NCBI GenBank assembly: GCA_963811165.1
Contig: CAWEQH010000004.1
Coordinates: 640,001-704,000, forward strand
Length of the DNA: 64,000 nt
Origin: an uncultured Nitrospiraceae bacterium
GTDB lineage: Bacteria > Nitrospirota > Thermodesulfovibrionia > Thermodesulfovibrionales > UBA6898
Direction: 5' to 3'
A program made the position numbers and the translations under genes. The notes below the pieces were generated by a model. That model saw only the letters and a program-made list of their open reading frames with translations. It was not told the DNA's origin and made no database searches. Of the stretch, positions 33,922 to 42,586 are shown piece by piece; position 1 is the first letter of the stretch; every line of letters starts with the position of its first letter.

Positions 33922-34809
33922 ATGCAAGAGTCTTTTCGTTCCGGATACGTTTCGATCATCGGCAGGCCGAATGTGGGAAAATCTACTCTCCTAAACGTCC
34001 TGCTGGGACAGAAGGTCTCGATCGTTGCCGCAAGACCCCAGACGACGAGAAACAGGATAGTCGGGATCAAGAATCTCCCCGGAGCCCAGATCATCTTTAT
34101 CGATACCCCGGGCATCCACAAGCCGAAAAACCTCCTCGGAGAGGTGATGCTTAGGGCCGTCAGGGAGGCCCTTCATGAAATAGACGTCATCCTCTTTGTG
34201 ACGGAACCCGGAGGTGACGCAGGCAGGGACAACCTCACAGTAGGGTCTCTGAAAAATATAGACAAGCCGGTTTTTCTTCTGATCAACAAGATAGACAGTG
34301 TCAGGAAACCGGATATACTTCGTGTCATCGATCAGTACGAGGGACTTTTCCCTTTCAAAGAGATCATCCCGGTGTCTGCTCTCAAACAAGACGGCACCGA
34401 CAGGATACTTGAAAGAATTATCGAGTATCTTCCGGCGGGCCCTCAATATTATCCTGAAGACATCGTAACGGACCAGGTCGAGAGGTTCATGGCGGCCGAG
34501 ATAATAAGAGAAAAGATTATGGAAAAAACGACCGAGGAAATCCCTTATTCCGTTGCGGTCGAAGTCCAGAACTGGGTCGAGCGGGAAGACGGTATCGTTT
34601 CCATAAGTGCGAATATATATGTTGAAAGAGAGGGGCAAAAAGGTATAATAATAGGTGAAAAAGGCAGGAAGCTGAAAGAAGTAGGCACGCTCGCCCGTAT
34701 CGAAATCGAAAGACTTCTTGACGCAAAGGTTTTTCTCCAATTATGGGTGAAGGTAAAAAAGGGGTGGCGTAACGACAAGACGGTGTTACATGAATTGGGG
34801 TATAAATAG
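33922..34809 (+). CDS. era: GTPase Era
   Basis: GRPNVGKST, PQTTR, DTPG, NKID, EIPYSVAV, KH domain IIGEKG. Confidence 0.97.
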   Translation: MQESFRSGYVSIIGRPNVGKSTLLNVLLGQKVSIVAARPQTTRNRIVGIKNLPGAQIIFIDTPGIHKPKNLLGEVMLRAVREALHEIDVILFVTEPGGDAGRDNLTVGSLKNIDKPVFLLINKIDSVRKPDILRVIDQYEGLFPFKEIIPVSALKQDGTDRILERIIEYLPAGPQYYPEDIVTDQVERFMAAEIIREKIMEKTTEEIPYSVAVEVQNWVEREDGIVSISANIYVEREGQKGIIIGEKGRKLKEVGTLARIEIERLLDAKVFLQLWVKVKKGWRNDKTVLHELGYK

Positions 34810-35262
34810 ATGCTTGTAGAAATGAAAGTCGAGGGTCTTCTCTTTGACCCCCGAAGCAATATGTACATTCTCCTGCTGAAGGAGATAGAAGCTTCCGGCA
34901 CCCTTCCGATCTGGATCGGGAAACCCGAGGCGGACTCGATCGCACTTGCGCTCGGAAAGGTCGCCACGCCCAGACCCCTGACCCATGACCTCGTGAAAAA
35001 TATCACCGATGGACTTAAGGTCAAGATCACGAGAATCGTGGTGACGGAGATAATCGACAACACCTATTACGCCCTTATCCACGTGAGCGACGGCAAGAAA
35101 GAGACCTTGATTGACTCCAGGCCGAGTGATGCCGTGGCGGTTGCCCTTAGGGCAAGCGCGCCGATTTTTGTGGAGGACAGTATTATGGCGACAAGGACGG
35201 CGGATGAACTTGACGAATGGCTGAAAAACCTTAAGCCTGAGGACTTCGGAAATATTATGTGA
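34810..35262 (+). CDS. Bifunctional nuclease family protein (DUF151)
   Basis: LPIWIG..EA, RPLTHDL, DSRPSDAVAVALR. Confidence 0.92.
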   Translation: MLVEMKVEGLLFDPRSNMYILLLKEIEASGTLPIWIGKPEADSIALALGKVATPRPLTHDLVKNITDGLKVKITRIVVTEIIDNTYYALIHVSDGKKETLIDSRPSDAVAVALRASAPIFVEDSIMATRTADELDEWLKNLKPEDFGNIM

Positions 35263-35981
35263 TGCTGCATAGGACAGAAGGCATCGTCCTTAGAACCATC
35301 CCCTTTGGAGAAGCAGACCTCATCGTAACCTACCTGACGAGTGACTACGGCATCGTCAGGGCCTTTGCAAAAAGTCCCCGTAAGATCAAAAGCAGGTTCG
35401 GAAGCAGCCTCGAACCCTTCACCCATGCGGCTATCGCTTTTTGGGGCAAGGAGGACGCGGCTCTGCCGCGACTTACCCAGGCGGACATTATCCATCCTTT
35501 CGATTCTGTCAGGGGCGCACTAAAATGTTTTCTGAAGGTTTCGGAGATGATAGAACTGACGCTGCACTTTGTTCCCGAGAGGGAGCGAAACAAGAAGGTC
35601 TATTCCCTCTTCCTGGATGCGCTTCACGCGGCCGAGACCGATTGTGAGGCCGGTCTTCTTCCTCTTTGCTATAAACTGAGGCTGTTGGAGATTGCGGGAT
35701 ATCTGCCCAGGTTGAGCGGATGCGGCAGGTGCGGGAGAGACGGAGACGTCTTCTACCTTTCTCACGGCACCGTCCTTTGCGAAGCATGTGCAAAGGGCAA
35801 TACGTCTTCCCTGCGGCTGTCTTCCGGCACGATAAGTCTCTTTACCAGTCTGCGCGGATGGGATTTTACGAAGCTCAACCGGTTGAGGCCTTCGGAAGCG
35901 CTCGTTTCAGGGCTTTCGAAGGTATTGGACGAACATATTCGCTACATTATGGAAAGAAACCTCAAGACGAAGACCTTCTGA
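35262..35981 (+). CDS. recO: DNA repair protein RecO
   Basis: EGIVLR..FGEAD, KSRFGSSLEPF, CGRC/CEAC zinc finger; era-recO synteny. Confidence 0.93.
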   Translation: MLHRTEGIVLRTIPFGEADLIVTYLTSDYGIVRAFAKSPRKIKSRFGSSLEPFTHAAIAFWGKEDAALPRLTQADIIHPFDSVRGALKCFLKVSEMIELTLHFVPERERNKKVYSLFLDALHAAETDCEAGLLPLCYKLRLLEIAGYLPRLSGCGRCGRDGDVFYLSHGTVLCEACAKGNTSSLRLSSGTISLFTSLRGWDFTKLNRLRPSEALVSGLSKVLDEHIRYIMERNLKTKTF

Positions 35982-35991
35982 ATCCCTGCCG

Positions 35992-36627
35992 TTATTGTTC
36001 CCGCATCCTCTCTTCTTCTTCCTGGAGGGTCTTGCATTCTATGCACATGGTGGTCACAGGCCTGGCCTCCAGCCGCTTCACGTCGATTTCATTTCCGCAG
36101 TCGTCGCAGACCCCGAAGGTACCGTTTTCGATGCGGTCTATGGCCTCATCGATCTTTTTCAGGAGACGCTGCTCTCTGCCGCGGAGTCTCAGCATAAAGT
36201 TCCTGTCGGTTTCAGCCGTCGCCTGGTCGCCAAGGTCAGGGAATATCGTCTGGCCGGGAAGTTCGTTAAGCGCTGATTCGGCTTCATTAAGCAAAGTCGC
36301 GCGTTGCCTGAGGAGCCTTAACTTGATCTGTTGGAGCTTTTCCTCGCGGACAGAAAGCTTTTCTTTAGGCTTATTGGATTTCTTCACAGGCACCGCTGTC
36401 ACAGGCTCCCTACGGGAAACCTTCATTGGAGCCGAAACAACTTTTTTCTTCGGGGCTTTGGCGGCAACCGCTTCTTTCTTCCCCTTCTTTGAAGGTGCCG
36501 TCTTTGCCTTTTTGGGAGACGCTGTCTTTGCCTTCAGAGTTATCGATTTCTTCCCTGCGGGTTTCGTCTTCGCAGGTTTTGTTTTACTTACGCTTTTTTT
36601 GGTATTGGTGCTCTTGATCTTGGCCAT
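35992..36627 (-). CDS. dksA: DksA with Lys/Ala-rich N-terminal extension
   Basis: DLGDQA coiled-coil tip, CDDC...RLEARP...CIEC. Confidence 0.9.
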   Translation of the reverse strand: MAKIKSTNTKKSVSKTKPAKTKPAGKKSITLKAKTASPKKAKTAPSKKGKKEAVAAKAPKKKVVSAPMKVSRREPVTAVPVKKSNKPKEKLSVREEKLQQIKLRLLRQRATLLNEAESALNELPGQTIFPDLGDQATAETDRNFMLRLRGREQRLLKKIDEAIDRIENGTFGVCDDCGNEIDVKRLEARPVTTMCIECKTLQEEEERMREQ

Positions 36628-36782
36628 AAAGACTCCTCAATTAGGATTGAATAGATTAGCAGAGGCCCCGGCGAATAGTCAAGAAAAACGCCCTTGAAAA
36701 GGGGATTTGAAAGATACGTTTTTGTTGCCAGCTAAGTGAAGGATGAAGGGGCTTTCCCGGCGCCGAATAGGTAGGAAAGAAG

Positions 36783-39131
36783 TCAGTCTTCCGCCGGGAG
36801 GTCTCTTTGTGTAATGAGTACGATGCCCTGCCCGGGGGCGAGGTCGTAGATAAAGGGAGCAGGAATATAGTCGAGAGGATTTTCGGGAGATATGTCGATA
36901 AGAGGCGCGCCGGCCTGGAGATATTTCTGAAGGTTCTCGGCATAAAAATGCTGTGCGCGGTAAATGTCTTTGTTGAGGATGAGGAGCGACTCCTCCCGGG
37001 TATGGGTCGAGGCCTTCCACATAAGCAGGACATTGGGGTTTTCGTGATGGAGTATTTCCGTGGGCGCGTCCTCCTGAAATATCACATGCTCAGATTTGAT
37101 CCTGTTTACTTGGCCGATGAAGGGGGTGAGGTCCACTTCGGTGTTCTCCCAGTCGCCGGGTCTTGTCCTGACTACATGGAGCCTTTTTTTGAAGCCGAAT
37201 TCGTAACCCATGGGCATCATGACACCGCCCGAAAAAAGCGCCGAAAAAAGATATCGCTGCTTCAGCCCTTCAACATTTCCGCCCAGCTCCGCAGCGAGTC
37301 TTACGGTATCATGGCTCTCGGGGAAACTGATCGATGGAGCGATATCCCGCGTCAGCGCGTACTGCTTCATGAGCCAGTGCCCGTAAAAATCCCACCATTT
37401 GGAGCTGTTAAAAATATAGTCGAACCCCGCGCTTGCGGTCTTTCTCGTGAGGTCCGGAGGGTTCCCGAGTGTCTCCGCAAAAAACAGTACGCCCGGATAT
37501 GCCTTTTTGGTTTCATTGATGAGTCTTTCCCAAAGGCCCTTGGGCAACTGGTAGGCCGCGTCGCATCTGAACCCCCTGAACCCGAGTTCGGCGAGGAATT
37601 TCACTATCGAAAAGAAATAGTGATAGAGACCTTCTTTGTCCCTTGTGTTTCTGTGGTCGAACTTCGCAAGGTCTTTCCAGACCACTTTTTTCCCGTTTTC
37701 GTCGGCGAAGGGATGGGCGACGCGGCCGTTTGTCTCCCAGAGAAACCATTCCGGGTGGGATTTGAGAAGGGGGGAATCGACTGAGCAATGGTTGATCACA
37801 AGGTCCATCATCAGCGCAAGACCGAGTTTCCCGGCGACTCCCGCAACATCCTGTACCTGCTCTACGGACGACTTTCCCGTTTCATTGTCAATCAGGAGGG
37901 GATTAAAATCGAAATAGTCGGCTATGGAATAGAGACTCCCCGAACTGCCGGGGCGCTGTATGGGGTTGACGAAGATCCAGTTGAAACCCATCTCTGATGC
38001 CCTTGCGAGGTGGCCCCCCCATTCGGTAAATTTTCCGGCAAGAAGAGGAAACAGATTATAGATCACCATCTTTTTCGTGTAAAGGACTTCTTCGGCATCC
38101 GGACATGCCTTCAGGAGCAGCCTCTGGTTTTTTGAGATGACTGAGAGCCAGTAATTCATTCTTTCCGCATTGCCTTTGTCCACCCAGTGACTAAAGAGAT
38201 ATGACGCGTTGCCTAATGAGAGCCTGCCTTCGACCGGGTGTATCTCCAGGGAAAAAGAGACCTTGTCAGCCCCGGGTTTGAGAAGCGCCTCGTTGACGAT
38301 ACGGGAAAGCCCCGACAGACCGAACATCGGTGCAAGAGACCTTTTCCCGTGATATTCGAAGGGGATCGGGATCTCGGTCAGGAAGCTGAGGTGGTCCGAG
38401 ACGCCGAAAGGACTTAAGTCGGAAAGCGGGTGGCCGTCGTGAAGGTGGAAGTGCAGGGGCTTCCCAAGCGGACCGAGCTCCCGGACGACCGAGAGCACTT
38501 TTTCCAGTGCGGAGGCGACCGCGCGTTCAACGTCTTCAATAAGGTCCGGGAGGTTGGGGCTGTCCGGCCTTAGTGAGCAGATGTCTTTACCCGGATGTTT
38601 CCGGGAATATTCGGCCCTCGTCTGCCGGATGCCTATGTGCCCCACGTCTATGCATGCACTGACGAATTCGAGGTCCGCTATCTCTTTAAAGATATTTACG
38701 AAGACCTCCGGGTCGAGACCTGCCGCATATTCGATAAAGAGGAGAGGACCTCCTCCGACTTCTCTCAGTCCGGAATTCAGTTCCCGCAGGGCAGAGAGAT
38801 ATTCCTTCAGAAGCATAGGGACATCATCCCGGTCATGGACCACGAGGCCGTAGACCCTCCCCTTGAAACCCCTTGCGAAATCGATGACCGACTGTCTTGA
38901 CGATCTATCGAATATGTTCATGCCGCGGTCGAGATGCACAACTACCGGCGCATCATGAAAAGGCCGGAAGCCCAGGAGCCATTCGAGCTCCTCTGCGGAT
39001 GCGGCATAATATTCCGCCCCCATCCTGGCTTCCCTGAAGCGCAGTGCCGCAAGCTGAAGCAGGGCGTCGTCGCCGTCTATTCTTTTTTGAAACAATCCAA
39101 GTATTTTGGGACAGGTCCTTATCGCCGGCAT
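36783..39131 (-). CDS. Xylose-isomerase/AP-endonuclease-like TIM barrel fused to a GH13 alpha-amylase-family domain
   Basis: N-terminal IEY, IDVGH, HFHLHDGH, SDHL, LEIH. The C-terminal part (from about 38069) has DLVINH, GFRCDAAY, FAETL and ESHDT, the GH13 regions with the D/E/D triad. Confidence 0.85.
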   Translation of the reverse strand: MPAIRTCPKILGLFQKRIDGDDALLQLAALRFREARMGAEYYAASAEELEWLLGFRPFHDAPVVVHLDRGMNIFDRSSRQSVIDFARGFKGRVYGLVVHDRDDVPMLLKEYLSALRELNSGLREVGGGPLLFIEYAAGLDPEVFVNIFKEIADLEFVSACIDVGHIGIRQTRAEYSRKHPGKDICSLRPDSPNLPDLIEDVERAVASALEKVLSVVRELGPLGKPLHFHLHDGHPLSDLSPFGVSDHLSFLTEIPIPFEYHGKRSLAPMFGLSGLSRIVNEALLKPGADKVSFSLEIHPVEGRLSLGNASYLFSHWVDKGNAERMNYWLSVISKNQRLLLKACPDAEEVLYTKKMVIYNLFPLLAGKFTEWGGHLARASEMGFNWIFVNPIQRPGSSGSLYSIADYFDFNPLLIDNETGKSSVEQVQDVAGVAGKLGLALMMDLVINHCSVDSPLLKSHPEWFLWETNGRVAHPFADENGKKVVWKDLAKFDHRNTRDKEGLYHYFFSIVKFLAELGFRGFRCDAAYQLPKGLWERLINETKKAYPGVLFFAETLGNPPDLTRKTASAGFDYIFNSSKWWDFYGHWLMKQYALTRDIAPSISFPESHDTVRLAAELGGNVEGLKQRYLFSALFSGGVMMPMGYEFGFKKRLHVVRTRPGDWENTEVDLTPFIGQVNRIKSEHVIFQEDAPTEILHHENPNVLLMWKASTHTREESLLILNKDIYRAQHFYAENLQKYLQAGAPLIDISPENPLDYIPAPFIYDLAPGQGIVLITQRDLPAED

Positions 39132-42100
39132 TCCACTTGCCTCCTCTGCTGCGGACGTGCCTGGACAAGGAAGATTTTGTTATCGACGACGAGCCCTTCT
39201 ATGTCCAGCGGCAGTCCGAATGAAGTTTCGACGAGGCTGCCTATGCCTCCTATGCGCTTAGATAATTCGGTGCGGAATTTCTTATCCTTTGAAAAGGGAA
39301 TTTTTGAGTAGTCGATGATACTTTGTACGATATCCGCGCGGCGGTCCCGGACAAAGGCAGTGCAGTAACTGGCGAAGGAGAGCATCTGCATATCGCCGGT
39401 GTTTTTTCGGTAGACCATACGAAACGGAGAGCCGGGCTCACGGCCCGACGCAAGGGTTTCGCCGAGTCCGACTGCACACTCAATCAGGATTTCGTTTTCG
39501 CTATTGTTGACGGGATTGACCGTATGCATGATGAAGGACATATCGGCAGGCATCATCGTCTGGATGAGTACCGCCATCCGGGCCCTGCCATGGGGGACAG
39601 ATGCGTTTTGTCTTGCCTGTACCGCACGCCTGTTCCAAAGTGATGCCCATACCTCTTTTACTGCCTGTGCGATACCGGACTGCGGCACGTTTGAGATGGA
39701 ATCATAAAGCCCGGCCCCCGCAAGTCCTTCCAGGTCCTCACAGTTCGAACTCGAACGGACCATGAGCCGCTCGCCCTTTGCAAAATGGGCAGCAATGCCA
39801 GAGACCAGCTCATTGTCCAGAGGAAGCTGTAAGACTAGCTCCCTGAGTCTTTGCAGCCGCCCCTCCGCGTCCAGGAGTGGCGCTCGATCAATTTTGCTTA
39901 AGACAGAGGAGTATTCAGCCTCAAAAGAAGAAAGGGAATGGAGTGACTCCTCCATGACCCCAAAGGGGATTACGACACTCCTGGGCACGTCGAAATCAGT
40001 CTTACTCTGTGTCGCGATCTCCGCGAGGCGCCTTGCCCCGTCCGCCTTCCCGCCGCCGGTCGACGAACTGACCACGTCGAGCGTGATGATTTTCCGAGAG
40101 GGAATCTCAGCAGAGACCTCCGGCACGATCACCTTCTCGGTGCGACCTTTAAAGTCATCCCCGTCCTCCATCTTCGTGGCTTCTATATCAAAGGTGTCTG
40201 CGGTCACGCATATCCTTATCGGTTGTCCGGAAAGTCTCTTTAGCTCCACGATGCGGCTGATGTTTTCGCACGAGACAAATACTATGCCCCTTTGGCGCGC
40301 CCTGACCGAAAGATGCGAAAGAATCGGGGTCTCATCGGCAATAATGAGGCCAATGACCTGCGGGGGTATCTCCTCGTCGCCTTCAGCTTTATCCGTCAAC
40401 ACGACGAGCGGTCCGTCACCGGCATCTGCCAAAGAGGCCAATGACCGGACAGTTACGAGGCGGCCCGATGCTTTGCCCGGGACGATGACGTCCCACGGCT
40501 GCAAGGAAGCGCGTGTCCTGATGGACGTAAGGAGCAAAGCGACAAGCTTAGAGAGCTGAAATACCGGATGGCTTCTGATAACGGCTTCTGCATAGTTCTT
40601 TACCGCATGCTCCGACACACCCAGGGCGGACCCCAGATTCTTCACCTTCTCCGGCAGCAGCGCAAGGATTTTGTCCGAATATTCTTCGGCGACCCTGCGG
40701 CACCTGTCTGTGGTGGCTTTAAGACGCAGGAGACAGTCGCGGTCTGCAAGGTCGAAATCGGCATCCCAAGCCCCGAGTTCGGCTTCGACGGCGCGGCATT
40801 CCTCGGGGGCGATTCCTCCGAGACGGAGATTTTCTATGACGAGGGCGAGTGCGCCAAGGGCGGTGTTCCAGGGCAGATCCTCCAAAGAGGCTATCGCATT
40901 GATGATTGTGCTGAGAAGGACAAAGGAGTGGTCTTCGAGCGTGATATCTGCAGACTTCAGACGGTGCCCCTTTGCGGCCGCGATTTTATCAGTCCGGGCA
41001 ATGGCCCTGCGAAGTCCTGTCAATAGGGCGAGTTCCTTTATGGCGGGATAAGGGTTTCCTGGTTTTTCGCCGGACCCTTCGGAGAGGCCGAGGAAGTCGT
41101 CTATGAGTTGCGGTCTGTCAATATCACCCTTTTCCTTTAATGTAATGAGCATGTCTTTAAGACTGCCTGCGTTAAAGAAGTCCTTCAGCTCCTTGTGGAA
41201 GCGCCTGAACTCCTCAATGAAGGCCTGCGGGTATGGGGCGTCCGAAGCCGTGATTCTCTTAAAGAGGGCCTCGGAAGTTATGAGGTCCTCAGGCCCTGCC
41301 GAACGGTGGAGTTTGTTCTGAAGCGTTGTCTTTATCTCCTGTTTTAACTCCTGCGGGATGTCGTTTCTGTGGGCGATGTCCCTGATACGGGTGAGCGGCT
41401 CGGCCCTCATAAACTCGGTATCGAATGAGGGGAGCCATGGATAGATGTTCCTTATGACCAGCCTGTTTTCCGCATTCTCGATTCCGGCAAGGCGCGTATA
41501 TATCCGTTCAGCAAGTTTTGCATGGTGCGAGGGACGGTGGTGACCTCCTTCCTCGCTGCAGCCGATCTCACCTGTACCAAGGAACCTCAGATAGACAGCG
41601 ATATAGATGAGCAGTTCCAGGTCCGGGTCCTCAGGTCCTTCGATCAGCAGCCTATTGACCCATTCAAGCCTCTTCCTCCAGCTGGTAAAGCGTCTGTTGG
41701 CTGCGACAAACCTTTCTACGATCCCCTCATGCGTATCAGCTTGGCCTGGTCTTTCTTCGGGCGTATCTGCCGCTCCGCGTATAATAGTAATGAGTCGGTC
41801 CCTTGCATCGATCAGAAGACGTTGCGGCTCGGGCCACTGTTCAAAAATTATCGAACCTGAGAACATCCGCTTCTTCAGCCGTATGATAAGCCCTTCTATC
41901 CCGGCGGGGTCCCGGCCTGCCGGACCGGTGAAAATCGTTAAGTGGCTGTCCCGGTCTCCGTAATTTTCATGCATATGGATATGGATGATAGGGACCTCCT
42001 TATCAAGCAGGTCCAGGAAGCCGAGATAATCATTTCGCGTCCCGCTATAGAGGTTTGCATGCCCTATGTCGAGACACATACCAACGAGAGAAATATTACC

Positions 42101-42586
42101 GGAATTGAATTTCCGCAGCTCGTGGAAAAAAAGATTGAAATCCGCCGGTGATGTATACACTGTATTTTCGACCGAAAGATGAATGCCCGCCTCACCAAGT
42201 ATGACCAGAAGAGGCCGGAGGGCAGCTATAAAGGCCGCCGGTCCCAGGTCCGAGCGAAGATGGACATTAAAAAGCGATGCGCCGATGTCCTTCGCAAATT
42301 CGACAGTCTCTTGGAAGGACGCCGCATCAGTCGTAGTCAAAGGGTCCGACGGCCAGGGGGCATGCACTGAAAGACGTATATCCCGGGCTTCCGAGAGACG
42401 GCGGATATCAGTGCGCGTCTTTTGAGGGATATCGCTTAGCAGCCAGCCTTCTCCTGTGGTTTTTTTGTCCGGAAACCACTCAAAGGCACGAAACCCGTTC
42501 TCCACTGCAAATTCAAATGGTTTCATGATGGGAGCAGCCGAATAGGCGGTCTGGTTGCCGATCCTTATGGAGGGGTTGTCAGGCAT
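39119..42586 (-). CDS. Phosphoglucan water dikinase (PWD/GWD3)-like protein with N-terminal TIM-barrel domain
   Basis: GGHHRP, LPSF..EF...PLTRIRDIAHRNDIP.ELKQEIK.TLQNKLHR.AGPEDL, phospho-His LSHLSVRARQ, nucleotide domain VRSSSNCEDLEGLAGAGLYDS...VQARPQ. Start overlaps the GWD stop by 8 nt. Confidence 0.88.
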   Translation of the reverse strand: MPDNPSIRIGNQTAYSAAPIMKPFEFAVENGFRAFEWFPDKKTTGEGWLLSDIPQKTRTDIRRLSEARDIRLSVHAPWPSDPLTTTDAASFQETVEFAKDIGASLFNVHLRSDLGPAAFIAALRPLLVILGEAGIHLSVENTVYTSPADFNLFFHELRKFNSGNISLVGMCLDIGHANLYSGTRNDYLGFLDLLDKEVPIIHIHMHENYGDRDSHLTIFTGPAGRDPAGIEGLIIRLKKRMFSGSIIFEQWPEPQRLLIDARDRLITIIRGAADTPEERPGQADTHEGIVERFVAANRRFTSWRKRLEWVNRLLIEGPEDPDLELLIYIAVYLRFLGTGEIGCSEEGGHHRPSHHAKLAERIYTRLAGIENAENRLVIRNIYPWLPSFDTEFMRAEPLTRIRDIAHRNDIPQELKQEIKTTLQNKLHRSAGPEDLITSEALFKRITASDAPYPQAFIEEFRRFHKELKDFFNAGSLKDMLITLKEKGDIDRPQLIDDFLGLSEGSGEKPGNPYPAIKELALLTGLRRAIARTDKIAAAKGHRLKSADITLEDHSFVLLSTIINAIASLEDLPWNTALGALALVIENLRLGGIAPEECRAVEAELGAWDADFDLADRDCLLRLKATTDRCRRVAEEYSDKILALLPEKVKNLGSALGVSEHAVKNYAEAVIRSHPVFQLSKLVALLLTSIRTRASLQPWDVIVPGKASGRLVTVRSLASLADAGDGPLVVLTDKAEGDEEIPPQVIGLIIADETPILSHLSVRARQRGIVFVSCENISRIVELKRLSGQPIRICVTADTFDIEATKMEDGDDFKGRTEKVIVPEVSAEIPSRKIITLDVVSSSTGGGKADGARRLAEIATQSKTDFDVPRSVVIPFGVMEESLHSLSSFEAEYSSVLSKIDRAPLLDAEGRLQRLRELVLQLPLDNELVSGIAAHFAKGERLMVRSSSNCEDLEGLAGAGLYDSISNVPQSGIAQAVKEVWASLWNRRAVQARQNASVPHGRARMAVLIQTMMPADMSFIMHTVNPVNNSENEILIECAVGLGETLASGREPGSPFRMVYRKNTGDMQMLSFASYCTAFVRDRRADIVQSIIDYSKIPFSKDKKFRTELSKRIGGIGSLVETSFGLPLDIEGLVVDNKIFLVQARPQQRRQVECRR

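Noticed and set aside
35720..36697. Long antisense ORFs (e.g. 35720-36697, 36807-37784, 46235-47173, 55971-57098, 58149-59171)
   Set aside because: Shadow frames of well-supported genes on the opposite strand, with no motifs of their own.
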